The position numbers and the translations under genes were made by a program. From Lytechinus pictus (lineage: Eukaryota), in NCBI RefSeq assembly GCF_037042905.1, contig NC_087245.1, forward strand, positions 31,188,001 through 31,252,000: a stretch of 64,000 nucleotides of DNA, in the 5' to 3' direction. Of the stretch, positions 28,901 through 40,900 are shown in pieces. The notes under the pieces were generated by a model. It saw nothing but the letters and a program-made list of their open reading frames with translations. It did no database searches and had not been told where the DNA came from. Position 1 is the stretch's first letter. The number at the start of each line of letters is the position of its first letter.

Positions 28901-31900
28901 CCAAACCTAAAATTTACTGGTCCCCAAAAGACTTGAGTTTTTTTTGCTGTCTCTTATCCCCCCCCCAAAAAAAAAAAATACATACACAACATAATTCATG
29001 AGAGCCATTTATCAATTTTGGAGAGCCATTTTCATAATTTACGAAAGACAAAATATCATTTGTATCAGTTGGATATATTTATTTTTCACTGGTCATGTCG
29101 GACCAGTATTAAAATCTGGCTATTTCTGAGAAGTTACTGGCCTAGCAACAAATTTTGCTGGTCTAGGACCATCAGACCAGTGCCAGTGTTGCGCACTGGA
29201 TAATGATCCAAGTTATGCATGAAGTTTGTATCTACTGTACATGTGAAACATACAGATAGCATTTATCAACAGAAAAGTGATGGCTCAAAGTCACTAAAAG
29301 GGTTTCAGTTTAATAGTACGATCACTAATATGATAGTCATACTTAAGTTAGCTTCTGGAAATCACTAAAATCTTATAATACCTTTTAATTTATGCTTGGT
29401 AACATGACTTTAAAAATATCAAAAAACTTTTTGATAATAAGAACATGTTAAACATTTGAAATAAAGGACGACTGATTCAGGATATTATCAAAACACCCCC
29501 ACCCTTTTAATCCATTTTGAGTCCAAGATGCATCATCTTTCAATCTGAGGGACGTGGGCTCGATTCCCAGCCATGGCGTGTTTTCCTTCAGGAAGAAAAT
29601 TTACCCACATTGTGCTGCACTCAACCCAGGTGAGGTGGATTGGTATCCGGGCCGGTAGGATGAAATTCCTTGAATGCTTTGGTGCCTACATGGCAGCACA
29701 GCTAAAGCAGCGCTTTGTATCCTCAGGCAATAAGCAGTTTATGAATCAAGCTGTCATTATTATTTTGAGTCCATATTTGGCAAAAAGCAAACATTTCACA
29801 ATAGTTGATGGGTCTGGTATGATCATGATACATTGGTATCAAGCTGTTGGCCCGGATATTCTTCATGCCAGAGGGACAAAAGAGAAGATTCTTAAACATT
29901 TACATGAGGCATTATTTCTGGAGCCCATCAGCACAAAGTTTGAATACTTCATTACAGGTTAAAAAAAATAGATACGGGGGCTTGGGGTGATTTTGCCCAC
30001 CCCCCCCAAAAAAAAAAAGAGCCCCAAATTCTTCCTATTCACTGTGATGTTTTAAAGCTTATCCAATGTTGCAGATTTAGGTGGTAGATTGAGAAGAGTT
30101 GCCCCGAAAATAAATTGGGTTATTGCCTCCAGGCTGGAATGCTTTACTAATGCTTACATTGCATCCAACAAGAATTGAATATACTAGCAAAACAATATTA
30201 ATATAATTTGCACAAACTATATTTTCAATCCTAATATGCAGTAAATTCAGTTCGTAACACACACCAATACAGCTGAAAATGGTCAGAAGTTTTGCTTTGG
30301 CATAGATGGTTATATGCAGGAGATATAACGGTTCTTTTGGCACTTTTCAACAAATCCAGAACAACATACAAACATTGAAAAATACATGCCCTTTAATGGA
30401 AAATGTAAAGCCGTGTATAAATAGATCAGATCAAGGCATACTATGTAGCTGTACAGTTTAAAACCAAGCAATTGCTTAGGTTACCTTTTTCTTCTTCCGG
30501 TTTAGCAACATTATCACTGACTTGTACATCGACTGCATGTACAAAGATATAGGAAACATTGAGATTATGAACAATGTCAATCTGGGCCCCATCTTACAAA
30601 GAGTTACGATCAATCCAATCAATCACAACTATGGACGGCCAGTAATGTCGACATCTAAAAATGCAAATTTGGTCAAAATATTGTCTAGATATGATGTACA
30701 TTCATACATTTGCCGTTCCCTTGAAGATTCAATGTGATTCTCTTTGTTTTATTTTGGGAATTCCCTGTAGAAAAAATTATGACACTGATGGCTTTCCATA
30801 GAGTTACGATTAATTGGATCAATCCTAACTCTTTGTAAGACGGGGCCCTGTTGAGATCAGAATTTCAAAGAAATTGTAATAACATTAATAATATATGGAC
30901 ATTCCAACCAATAAAATCTTAGTGATCAGAGTTCAGAACAGTGGTAGGACCGCTGAAATCGAAATTCCGATTAGATAGAGCCTCCCTGTAGGAATAAGAA
31001 CAAATTAATTTCCAAACTGTAACGATGTCATCATCGGCTGTGACTTGAAGCCAATTTGGGTTTTACTCCGACCACAGGGCTTGCGCAAAGCAAAATTATG
31101 ATATAATTCGTCCTTTAACATTATGCCGAACTTAAAATGACATAACTTTACTTCTTGGAACTTTCACATTTAATTCAAAATGTGATTTATTACAAAACTT
31201 GTGTCGCATAGTGTTCGCTGGGCTTCAAGATAATTTCTTCTTCTTTTTTTTATTTAAAGATACTCCAACAGTGTAGGGAATACTTGAGCCTAAGGGCACC
31301 AGACAATTTTACCCTCATGACAGCCAAAAGTGCTTTGGGGCAACCATCTTTTCTAAGGTTGCCCCAAAATCTATCAGAAACAATATTTAGGGATGCCAGT
31401 TGGAATCGATCAGAGGGCCTGAAAATCACCTAGAATACATTATTTTGTACACAGAAATGCTAAAACTATGGCCTGAAAAAAAATTACCAGAGCCTGAATT
31501 CAGGCTTTTGCCTGAAAACTGGCATCCCTGAATATTTAAGAACATTTAGAAAATCAGTATTCTAGTATTCTACATGTACACACAGCAGAATAACGGCTAT
31601 GCCTTTACAGCATAATTACTCATTGAACGATAAAACTAGCCCCTGAAATGAAAGATAAAGCCCCTGAAATTCAGCAATCACCCCAATGTGACTGACATAG
31701 CTCCTAAAAACAAACAAACAAATTCTTACCCTGTCATATTATTATAAAGGCCTAATTGTCTAAAAAAAAAAAAAAAAGCAGGTTTAATATGTGAAAAAAG
31801 AGGGGGCAGGGCAGGAGTAAAAAAAATACATTAGGAAAATTTACAATGAGATAAGAAAAGATAGAGACAGAGGTTGAATTTTGAGAATTTTTTTACAGAA

Positions 31901-34900
31901 AAGAAAGAGGGATATGATACAAATCAGAGAAAAAAACATAGAGAATTGTTTTGCAAAAGAAACTAATAAACAAAACAAATACAAGAGAAGAAATTAAAAG
32001 AACAGGGCACGGAGATAGAAGAGGAGAAAGGGAGAAATAGAAAGAGAAAGAGCAGAAGGAGGAGAAAGAAAAAGAAATAAAAAATGGAAAGGAAGAGGAG
32101 AAATGGCCAGATGGGTGGAGTGAGCGGGGTGGGGGGGGGGGGGGGTAAGAAAGAGGAGAAAGGGTTCAGAAAAAGGACAAAAAGAAAAAAAATGTGAAGA
32201 ATAATAAGGAAAAGGAAAAGATCTCCATGAACCATCAACAGAGGAGAGTACAACATGGATGAAACAAAGATTACATACAGTGTAGAGGTACATTGAGGTA
32301 CAATTCAACAAGATATTTGAACAAACTAGTAATTGAATACTGTATCAATTGAATGTTGAATGATACCAGCTACATTTAAAACCCCATATAACATAGCTTG
32401 TTACAGTTTGGCAGAAATGTCCCATTGGTATAGTATGCAAAGTGCAATGAATAGCACATTATAATATTGTTTACAATTCTTGAAAAGTTCAGAATCAAAT
32501 TACCTTGTTTCGCTGGAAGTTATTAATGCAAAAGAGAGAAATAGTGGATTAAAAAAGCACACAATACTAATTTCTACATTGACACAAGATAAAAGCATGG
32601 TGACTGAAATAATATCACACAGCATATCTTCGGTCCATCAGTTACAAAAGGCATTAATAGACTGAAATATTAATGATTAAAGGGTGTTTTACAAGATGGA
32701 AATTTAAAATTCAAATTAAAATTTGAATTGTAACATTTGCTCTAAGGTGGCCGTGAGGAGAGTCAAAATCAGCCGTTATAACATATTTTGTGATAGCTTC
32801 ATATCTATACTTGGTTTGAATAAAACCTGTTTTCAACTTGCCGTATTGCCACCGTTGAGCAAATGTGACTGAGGTATAAGACAATGTTTTAACCCAAAAT
32901 ACACCAGATAAGCCATAACTTGCTTGCCTGAACAGCCATGCAATTGATAACCTTGCACCAAGATTCTTGCGTTAGAAGAGTTTACGCATGTCATGTACAG
33001 GAAATATGTGTACAATGCATGATCACTCATGCATGGAAAAAAAAACATTTAAGCTTGGCATTTTGCGAGGACAAACGTCCATTAACACGGCACTTTAGTA
33101 TGGGCCTGGATACATGTATATGAACATTGCAACCCTGCAAATGCACAAAATTGGTTTGACAAGGTTAACACTAAGCCCTGGAACATAATTGATTGGTTGA
33201 TAGTGGTTAGAGCATTGGACTCATAATTGCAAGGTTGTCAGTTCAAGTCTCCGCTCTGCCATTGTCCCTACTTTGATAAAAATACCCAAGAGTAATATCT
33301 GTCATCTAATAAGGTAAACCACTATGCCTGATTAACCTAGACGGAAAGCGTTTCCTAGGAGATTGGTTATATACCAGCTTGGCGTTTGCCAGCAAAAAAA
33401 AAAGCTGTCCTGTCGAGTTCCTAAAGGAGTTACCATGAACAGAAACAAAAGCATTTTTGCAATTAATTGCATTGATTATAGTGTATGAGGCGAGACAAAA
33501 TTCATAAAGTGTGCGCAATCTCCCCCTTCCCACAAAAAAAAATAGCGAAGGGGAGGGGCAGTTTCCCTGACTAACCATAACAAGGTCTCATTTCTTCTCC
33601 AACCCATTCAAAGTTGTGTTGGCTCAATCATGGGAAGTCCTCAAACTCTGAGAGGTGAGCCGGTGTGCTCACTGAGGGAAGAATGTTCAATTAACAGTTC
33701 AATTTAAGAGTTTGGAAAACAAGAGATTAATTCCTGCCATGAGGCAAAGAGGTCTGTCATCAGAATGGGAAGCTGGCTGTTTTATTCATACTCACCATTG
33801 TTATCTTCGATGCTATATCCACCGCTCTTGACGGCTGTGAGGGTGATCCCTTCATCTCCCTTGGAGCCTAGCTGCTTTTGTCTCTGCTCTTGTATCTTCT
33901 TCTCCCCACGCGACCTGAAAAAAAGGATAGCGACATGAACTAATCTCACACGCAGTCTACCACTTAGAACAATTCATACAGAAGGATAGGTAGCGCTTCT
34001 ATGGGAATTACAATAAACAGTAAGACATTATTTGAGGAGTAATTTTCTCATTCAACACTGAAAATGCGTCAGGAACTCATTTTGTAGAATTTGACATGGA
34101 GTTCAACATGACATACATGTACATGTAGGTCAAACTTGTGCATTTGTTAGTGAAAAGCGACACCTTGTTTGGATTTTACATAAAGTACATGTAGGCAATT
34201 GTTAGTGTCTACAGGCATCTCCTGTGACAGAGAAGCACTCTCATGCAATACACAGTATATCTGAACCATGCAAGCAAAAAGAATGCTGAAGTCCTTTTAG
34301 GTAAAAAAGTATCAATTCTGAGATTTTTGCAGAAATTTCAAGTGGAAGTCCGATTCTAGTATAGGTGGCGAAATTCTATATTCCATTTTTTCGGGATATG
34401 AAAAGATTTTGTTCAACACAAAATTCAGATACAGACTTTGTACTATTAAATGCATTAAAAAAAATTCAGCAAAATCCCATCTTTGCACATATGAATGCCA
34501 CCAATTCATGTAGCATTTAAGAAATTCTTTCCAAATTCGTCCCTCGGGTGGAGAGCGGCAATGAGGATTCATGTTTCGTGAGTTGACTACTTTGACCATG
34601 AGAACAGCGATAACAATACTCACTGCATGCAGGTCAGACAGACCGCCAGGAGCACGACAAGGACAAAGAGCACGCAGACGATCGGGACCATGATCTTGTC
34701 CAGGCCGGTGTCCAGCTCAATGATGCGCTTGTCACCAATGAACACAAGTGCCTGGCCAGTGGCGTTGTTGATGTCTGCTACACTCCCCTCCACAATAGCT
34801 ACAAAGAGACAAGATTTTGATTTTTAGAGAAGAGAAAATTTGATAGTTCAGTTAAATATTTCTGTCTCCATAAACTAACATCAAATAGATTTTAACTTTA

Positions 34901-37900
34901 TATTCATATTTGAAAAAAAAAATACAGCACATGCAATGTAAACATGTATGTTGAAGGTATATGGGCATACAGTATTATGACATTGTGGGGTAGGGGTAGC
35001 AAAATATTTAAAACTAAATAAAAATATGAAAAAATGTATATTCAAATATATATTTATGTTATTTAAAATATATATAGAGTCTGCATAATCACATTTGCTC
35101 TCCTCTAAATTATGGTTTTGCTGAATGTGTAACATAGTGAAGTCGAATTTTAGGCCAGAAATGTAAAAAAAAAATTATGATAGTGGTCTTCAAAATTTAT
35201 GAAAACAAAACCATCTCAATACTGGAGATAGTAGAGCACTTACTGACTACTGTGGCTTTAGGAACGACATACTCCATGGCGGCGTCAGACGCCCTGTCGG
35301 CCTCAGGAATCCTTACATAAAAGGTCATTTTGATGTCCCCATTATAATACTCGGGAGAATTCTCAGAGAGTACAATGGTAAAGGGGCTGCAGAAAGATTG
35401 AAAGATTGTAGAAACATATGATTTAGATATATTATCATTTTATGTAACTGTTTTAAAATCCTGTCGGACTACATGTATGTACTATGTAGAGTGCTGATTA
35501 AAATATAAATTTCATATAAATTAAGTACACATTTAGCTTTATGCTTGTGGAAAACCATAAAAAATACAACAAAAATATTATTATCAAAAGTCTACAAAAA
35601 CAAATGCATTTTCATGGATTTCCTATTTGTAGCCATATTGCATGGTTAACTATGCATGGCTGATCGCTATAAATAAGCTAGCTTTTGAAAGGTATTCATT
35701 TATTCAAATTATAGAAATTCAAGCATTATTTTGAAGTACTTAAACAAAACTTTTGTGATTCCTTGATTTCCTTCATCATTTTCTTTAAGGTATAAAACTT
35801 TTGAGGCATGCAAATTTCATCATGAAGTTCAGATACTGTAAAGCCAAATGATTTTCAAAAATATTCATTATTCAGATTGTTTCTACTCACTCACTCATGA
35901 GTACTAAGTAATCACAAAATCATAAAGAGGAGACTTAAGCTTTACACTGATGGGTCATTTTATTTGTGATACACTGTAAGTTGGGGTGTAGTGGTTAAGA
36001 CTAGATAGTCTTTCAATTTGAGGGCCGTAATTTCGATTCCCAGCCATGACGTGTTTTCCTTTGATCAGCAAGAAATTTACCCACATTGTGCTGCACTCAA
36101 CCTAGTTCAGATTCTGAACGATTTTATTTAAGAGCAATCCCCCAACCGCTGCCAGGCCGAGAGATGGCGTGATCCCGAATTGTACGGGCGAGGAATCCTC
36201 GCCCGTACAATTCCTCGCCCATACAATTCGGGATCACGCCATCTCTCGGCCTGGCAGCGGTTGGGGGATTGCTTTTAAATAAAATCGTTCAGAATCTGAA
36301 CTACACTCAACCCAGGTGAAGTAAATGGGTACCGGCAGGAAATAATTCCTCAAAAAGCTGTGAGCACCGGAATCTGTAGACTAGCTTAGCCGCTGGGGTA
36401 ATATATAGGAGAGCCTTGGGCACCTAACAAGGTGGATATGTGCACTAGATACAAATCCTAATACTATTATTATCATTAATAGAGCATCAGTTATTCTTGG
36501 TTCTGTTTTTTTTTCCTGTCCAGTGAACAGTATTGCATAACTCAACTTGGTGATTACACGATAATCAAATACTTGCTAATTACTTTGAGGCCGTTTTTTC
36601 TACCTATCTAATGAACAATACTACAATTCATTTCTATTATTAATGAAAAATACAATTCTCATACAGTACAATGCTGTCATTTCAACCTCCAATGACAATT
36701 TTTGTTTAAATGGTATACTAACATGTATCCATAACAATTCTACAGATTATCTTCAAAACAAACAGAGAAACCATGGTTAACGATATTCATACGTAGTGTA
36801 CTACTTACTAGTAGCTTGCAATACATATTTACTCAATGATCAATGTGCATACATGTAGGAAAATAACTTAATTGTTAGACTAAGACTAGATTGCTACTTA
36901 TATGTATAAATATGCATGCACCTTTAGACCTACAATGAACGCAACAAGCGTTCAAAATAAACCTCAAAATTGCCATTGAAAATGTTCCAAATTTGATAAA
37001 GACAATCAAAACATAAAATGGAAAAAGAACAATAAACTAAAAATGAAAATGAATGCTCAATGAATGAGTACCATACATGTATGAGTATGATTATTGATGA
37101 ACATCAAGCATACACGAGCCTTGTAAGGGGCGTCTGTGTATATCAGCACTCTCAATGATTAATCTATCAATAATTAAACACACCCGCACAGGCTGCACCC
37201 AACAGAGTTCTTTCAGCAAAGCATAGTGATACAATGAATAGAGCCATTTAGACTTGAGTGCTTTACTGTATCACAATACAAAATTTCATTAATCATATTC
37301 AGTGATCAGTATTGTCAATGTTTTAGTTGTATTACATCTTCATGAACAAGTTCAATGAAGAGACAAATTTTATGTATGTCCTCCGTACAGTTCATGTAAA
37401 AAAAATTGAATATGAGCACAAGATATATGAGCAACTTTATAGGAGTATCATTTTTTTATTACGTACATGTATGTAGCTCCATATATCCCTGTACCACGGA
37501 GCTCCATGCCTATTCACTGCTAATTGTAATGATGTATTTTATGTATCATACAATTTTATTCATTTCATGCATTATAATGCATAAATAGAATAAAGTACAT
37601 ATGCTGACTTTTAGAAGTAGCCTTTTGGCCTCGGGGGGGGGGGGGGCACTTCCATTGACGAGTGGATACCAGCCACGACCATGGGTTTCGAAAAGCACCC
37701 TAAACAAGTATTTTCCATATTCTGAAAATGCACCCCTTAACAAGAAGTATTGGCATGTGAAACCCTACCCTTAAAAAGTATTGGAAGCAAAGTGGTACCC
37801 TTGACAAGTATTTCCTGAATTGACCCCCTAAAGCGATATTTAAATTGTTACATCACATACATGATCACGGACTTCGGCTTTAACTTTAATACATTGGGTT

Positions 37901-40900
37901 TTGTACCGCCCCACCTCCCAGGCCCACATATCGCTCATATCGGACTCTAAACAGATTATAAAGCATTTCATTCTTTTTTCACACCCTCGCAAATTTGACT
38001 GAAAACATGTAGCTTTCCTAGCAAAATACACCATTTTGGTATTTTAGTGTTTTTGACACCCTCATTACATTACATACCGGTACTTAACGTGCCCAATCTT
38101 GAAAAAGAGATCCTTTTACCTGCCCCCCCCCCTGGATTTTGACCTTAAAATGAATACTGTTCTATTATTTATTTCAACCTCAGAGGTGATGCCTGGGTAA
38201 TTTGGTAGGGGGTGGGGTTGAACTTAAGGTGTTCAATTTTCTCCAAATTACTATCGTCTACCATTTTCAACACCTATCCCTATCTCTATTCAAATTTTTT
38301 TTCATATCCCCCCCCTTTTTTTTCCTTCAAGTTTATTTCACTGGGGGCTGTAAACGCCCACCTCCCTCTCTCTACAAGCAGCACCTCCTTGTTCATCCTG
38401 CTTTACAACAAGTAGACAATGTCAACAGTAGGCTATTGTCTATCATAACAATAGACAGTAGCCTACTCCATATACTACGCCTACTCACGTTCATGCAACT
38501 CTGCATGCAAGCACTTCATGTAATAATGGAGTGTATATACTACCACTCATAACACAAACACAGGGAGATACTATGCTTTGTCAAATTATGCAATGCTTGA
38601 GTGATTCTGGTCCATTGGATGTACAGTATTTTATAGATCCCTGAGGCTGTTTAATGATCCAATGCACTATGAAAAGTGTCATCTTCAGATGGCAAATACA
38701 GGGTGAATAGTTAATTCCTCTTCCTCTTTTACTACTGTACTACATCATTTATGTATGTATTGAAATGCACACGCATGCAATAACTAGAAGTGCACACACA
38801 TGCAGAAAATGATATTTAAAAAATTATTGTTGTTTTATATCTATCAGGGTAATCCTTTTTTGTAAATACATGTATCAAAAGTGCAAGTGGTACAACATTA
38901 TCCTTTTGAGAATGGGGGGGGGGGGGGAATACAGCATGAATGAGTGATCTACATGTAAATGCATGTATAATTTTATAAATGGAGATCATACCTGAGATAC
39001 ATACGTCAGGATGATTAAAAATTCTACAATTAAGTACCTGTGGTCTCGGAAAGCCCTCACCTGTTTCACTTATGTGGGCATACCAGCATTTTACCAGATT
39101 GGAATTATTACATCAGGGAAGTGTTATAACACTTCCCTGATTACATCATCTAATAAGTACACATTACACTAGACAATTGCCTCACATACAGTGTAGGAGA
39201 CATTTATCATCTTATTATTTAGTAACTTGTCAGTAGTTATTTTGTTGGGCAGAGGTTCTTAACCATTAAAAAAAATTCAGTTACACCTTTAAAGAAACTT
39301 TAAGCAATGGCCTACATGCAATTAACTCTGATGCCCTTCTGATATGCATCAATGCCCCTCTTATTGACATCAATTGCTTTTTTTTTAGTCATTTTGTTAT
39401 GTTCCCCATTCTATACTCTAATAATAATAAAGTACATGAACCCTTCAAAAAGAGATATTGTCCAAAAAACAATTGAAGTTTGAGGCCTGCTAGTATATTA
39501 ACTATGAAAGGTAATTTTTTTTTTGTATCTCAGATGGATGCCGTACAATAACAAGTGGAATGCCTCTGGCCGTCTCACCTGCATCACGCGATTCAATATA
39601 GCAGCAGTGCTGATTTTGAAAACTACTATAACTCGCACAAGATGTTCAGTGATACTTGGTTACTCTTATTTCCACGTTTTATGAACTAGACCAATACACT
39701 TATAGAGATATGATGACAATTCAACAAATACCCCCAACGTGGCCAAAGTTCTTTGACCTTACATGACCTTTGACCTTGATCATGTGACCTGAAACTCGCA
39801 CAGGATGTTCAGTGATACTTGATTACTATTATGTCCAAGTTTTATGAACTAGACCAACACACTTTCAAATTTATGGCTTTAATTCAACAAATACCCCAAT
39901 TTGGCCAAAGTTCATTGACCCTAAATGACCTTTGACCTTGATCATGTGACCTGAAACTTGCACAGGATGTTCAGTAATACTTGATTATTATTATGTTCAA
40001 GTTTCATGAATCAGATCCATAAACTTTCAAAGTTATGATGGTAATTCAACAGATACCCCCAATTCGGCCAAAGTTCATTGACCCTAAATGACCTTTGACC
40101 TTGGTCATGTGATGTGAAACTCAAGCAGGATGTTTAGTGATACTTGATTAACCTTATGTATAAGTTTCATGAACTAGGTCCATATATTTTCTAAGTTATG
40201 ATGACATTTCAAAAACTTAACCTTAGGTTAAGATTTTGATGTTGATTCCCCCAACATGGTCTAAGTTCATTGACCCTAAATGACCTTTGACCTTGGTCAT
40301 GTGACATGAAACTCAGGCAGGATGTTCAGTAATACTTGATTAACCTTATGGCCAAGTTTCATGAACTAGGTCCATATACTTTCTAAGTTATGCTGTCATT
40401 TCAAAAACTTAACCTCAGGTTAAGATTTGGTGTTGACGCCGCCGCCGCCGTCGCCGTCGGAAAAGCGGCGCCTATAGTCTCACTCTGCTATGCAGGTGAG
40501 ACAAAAATAAGCAATTCATCAACACAACAAGAAGAACACATACATGTACATACTGCCCAATTAACAAAATAGAATTACAGTGTAACATTCTGAATGACCT
40601 AATTGCAGATCCCATATTATGACCAAATGTACGTATCAGAAGTTGTCAAGACCAGTTCTAAAATGGATCAGTCCACTAATTCTTAATTTTTTTAAACATA
40701 ATTGTCATCCAAGTATGTCTGACCCATTAAATTATTCACATACTATGAGTGAACAAGCTCTCTCCAAGCAAACATCCATACTGTGAAACTTAATCTTCTT
40801 TTATTCAAAGCAGCACTCATACAGAAACTATTTTGAGAATATTTGCCCTATCAAATATTCCTCCCACTTCCTGAATAGGTAGACTGTGACCCTAACCTAT

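Noticed and set aside
30905..30985. Good minus-strand acceptor (TTCTTATTCCTACAG) followed by GRLYLIGISISAVLPLF*
   Set aside because: No convincing donor or other support; too weak to list with the cassette candidates.
31963..32311. Phe/Leu-rich hydrophobic ORFs
   Set aside because: Translation of a purine-rich low-complexity tract.
39640..40400. Regularly spaced repeats superficially like a CRISPR array
   Set aside because: Whole 160-190-bp units repeat with no unique spacers, there are no cas genes, and the context is eukaryotic.
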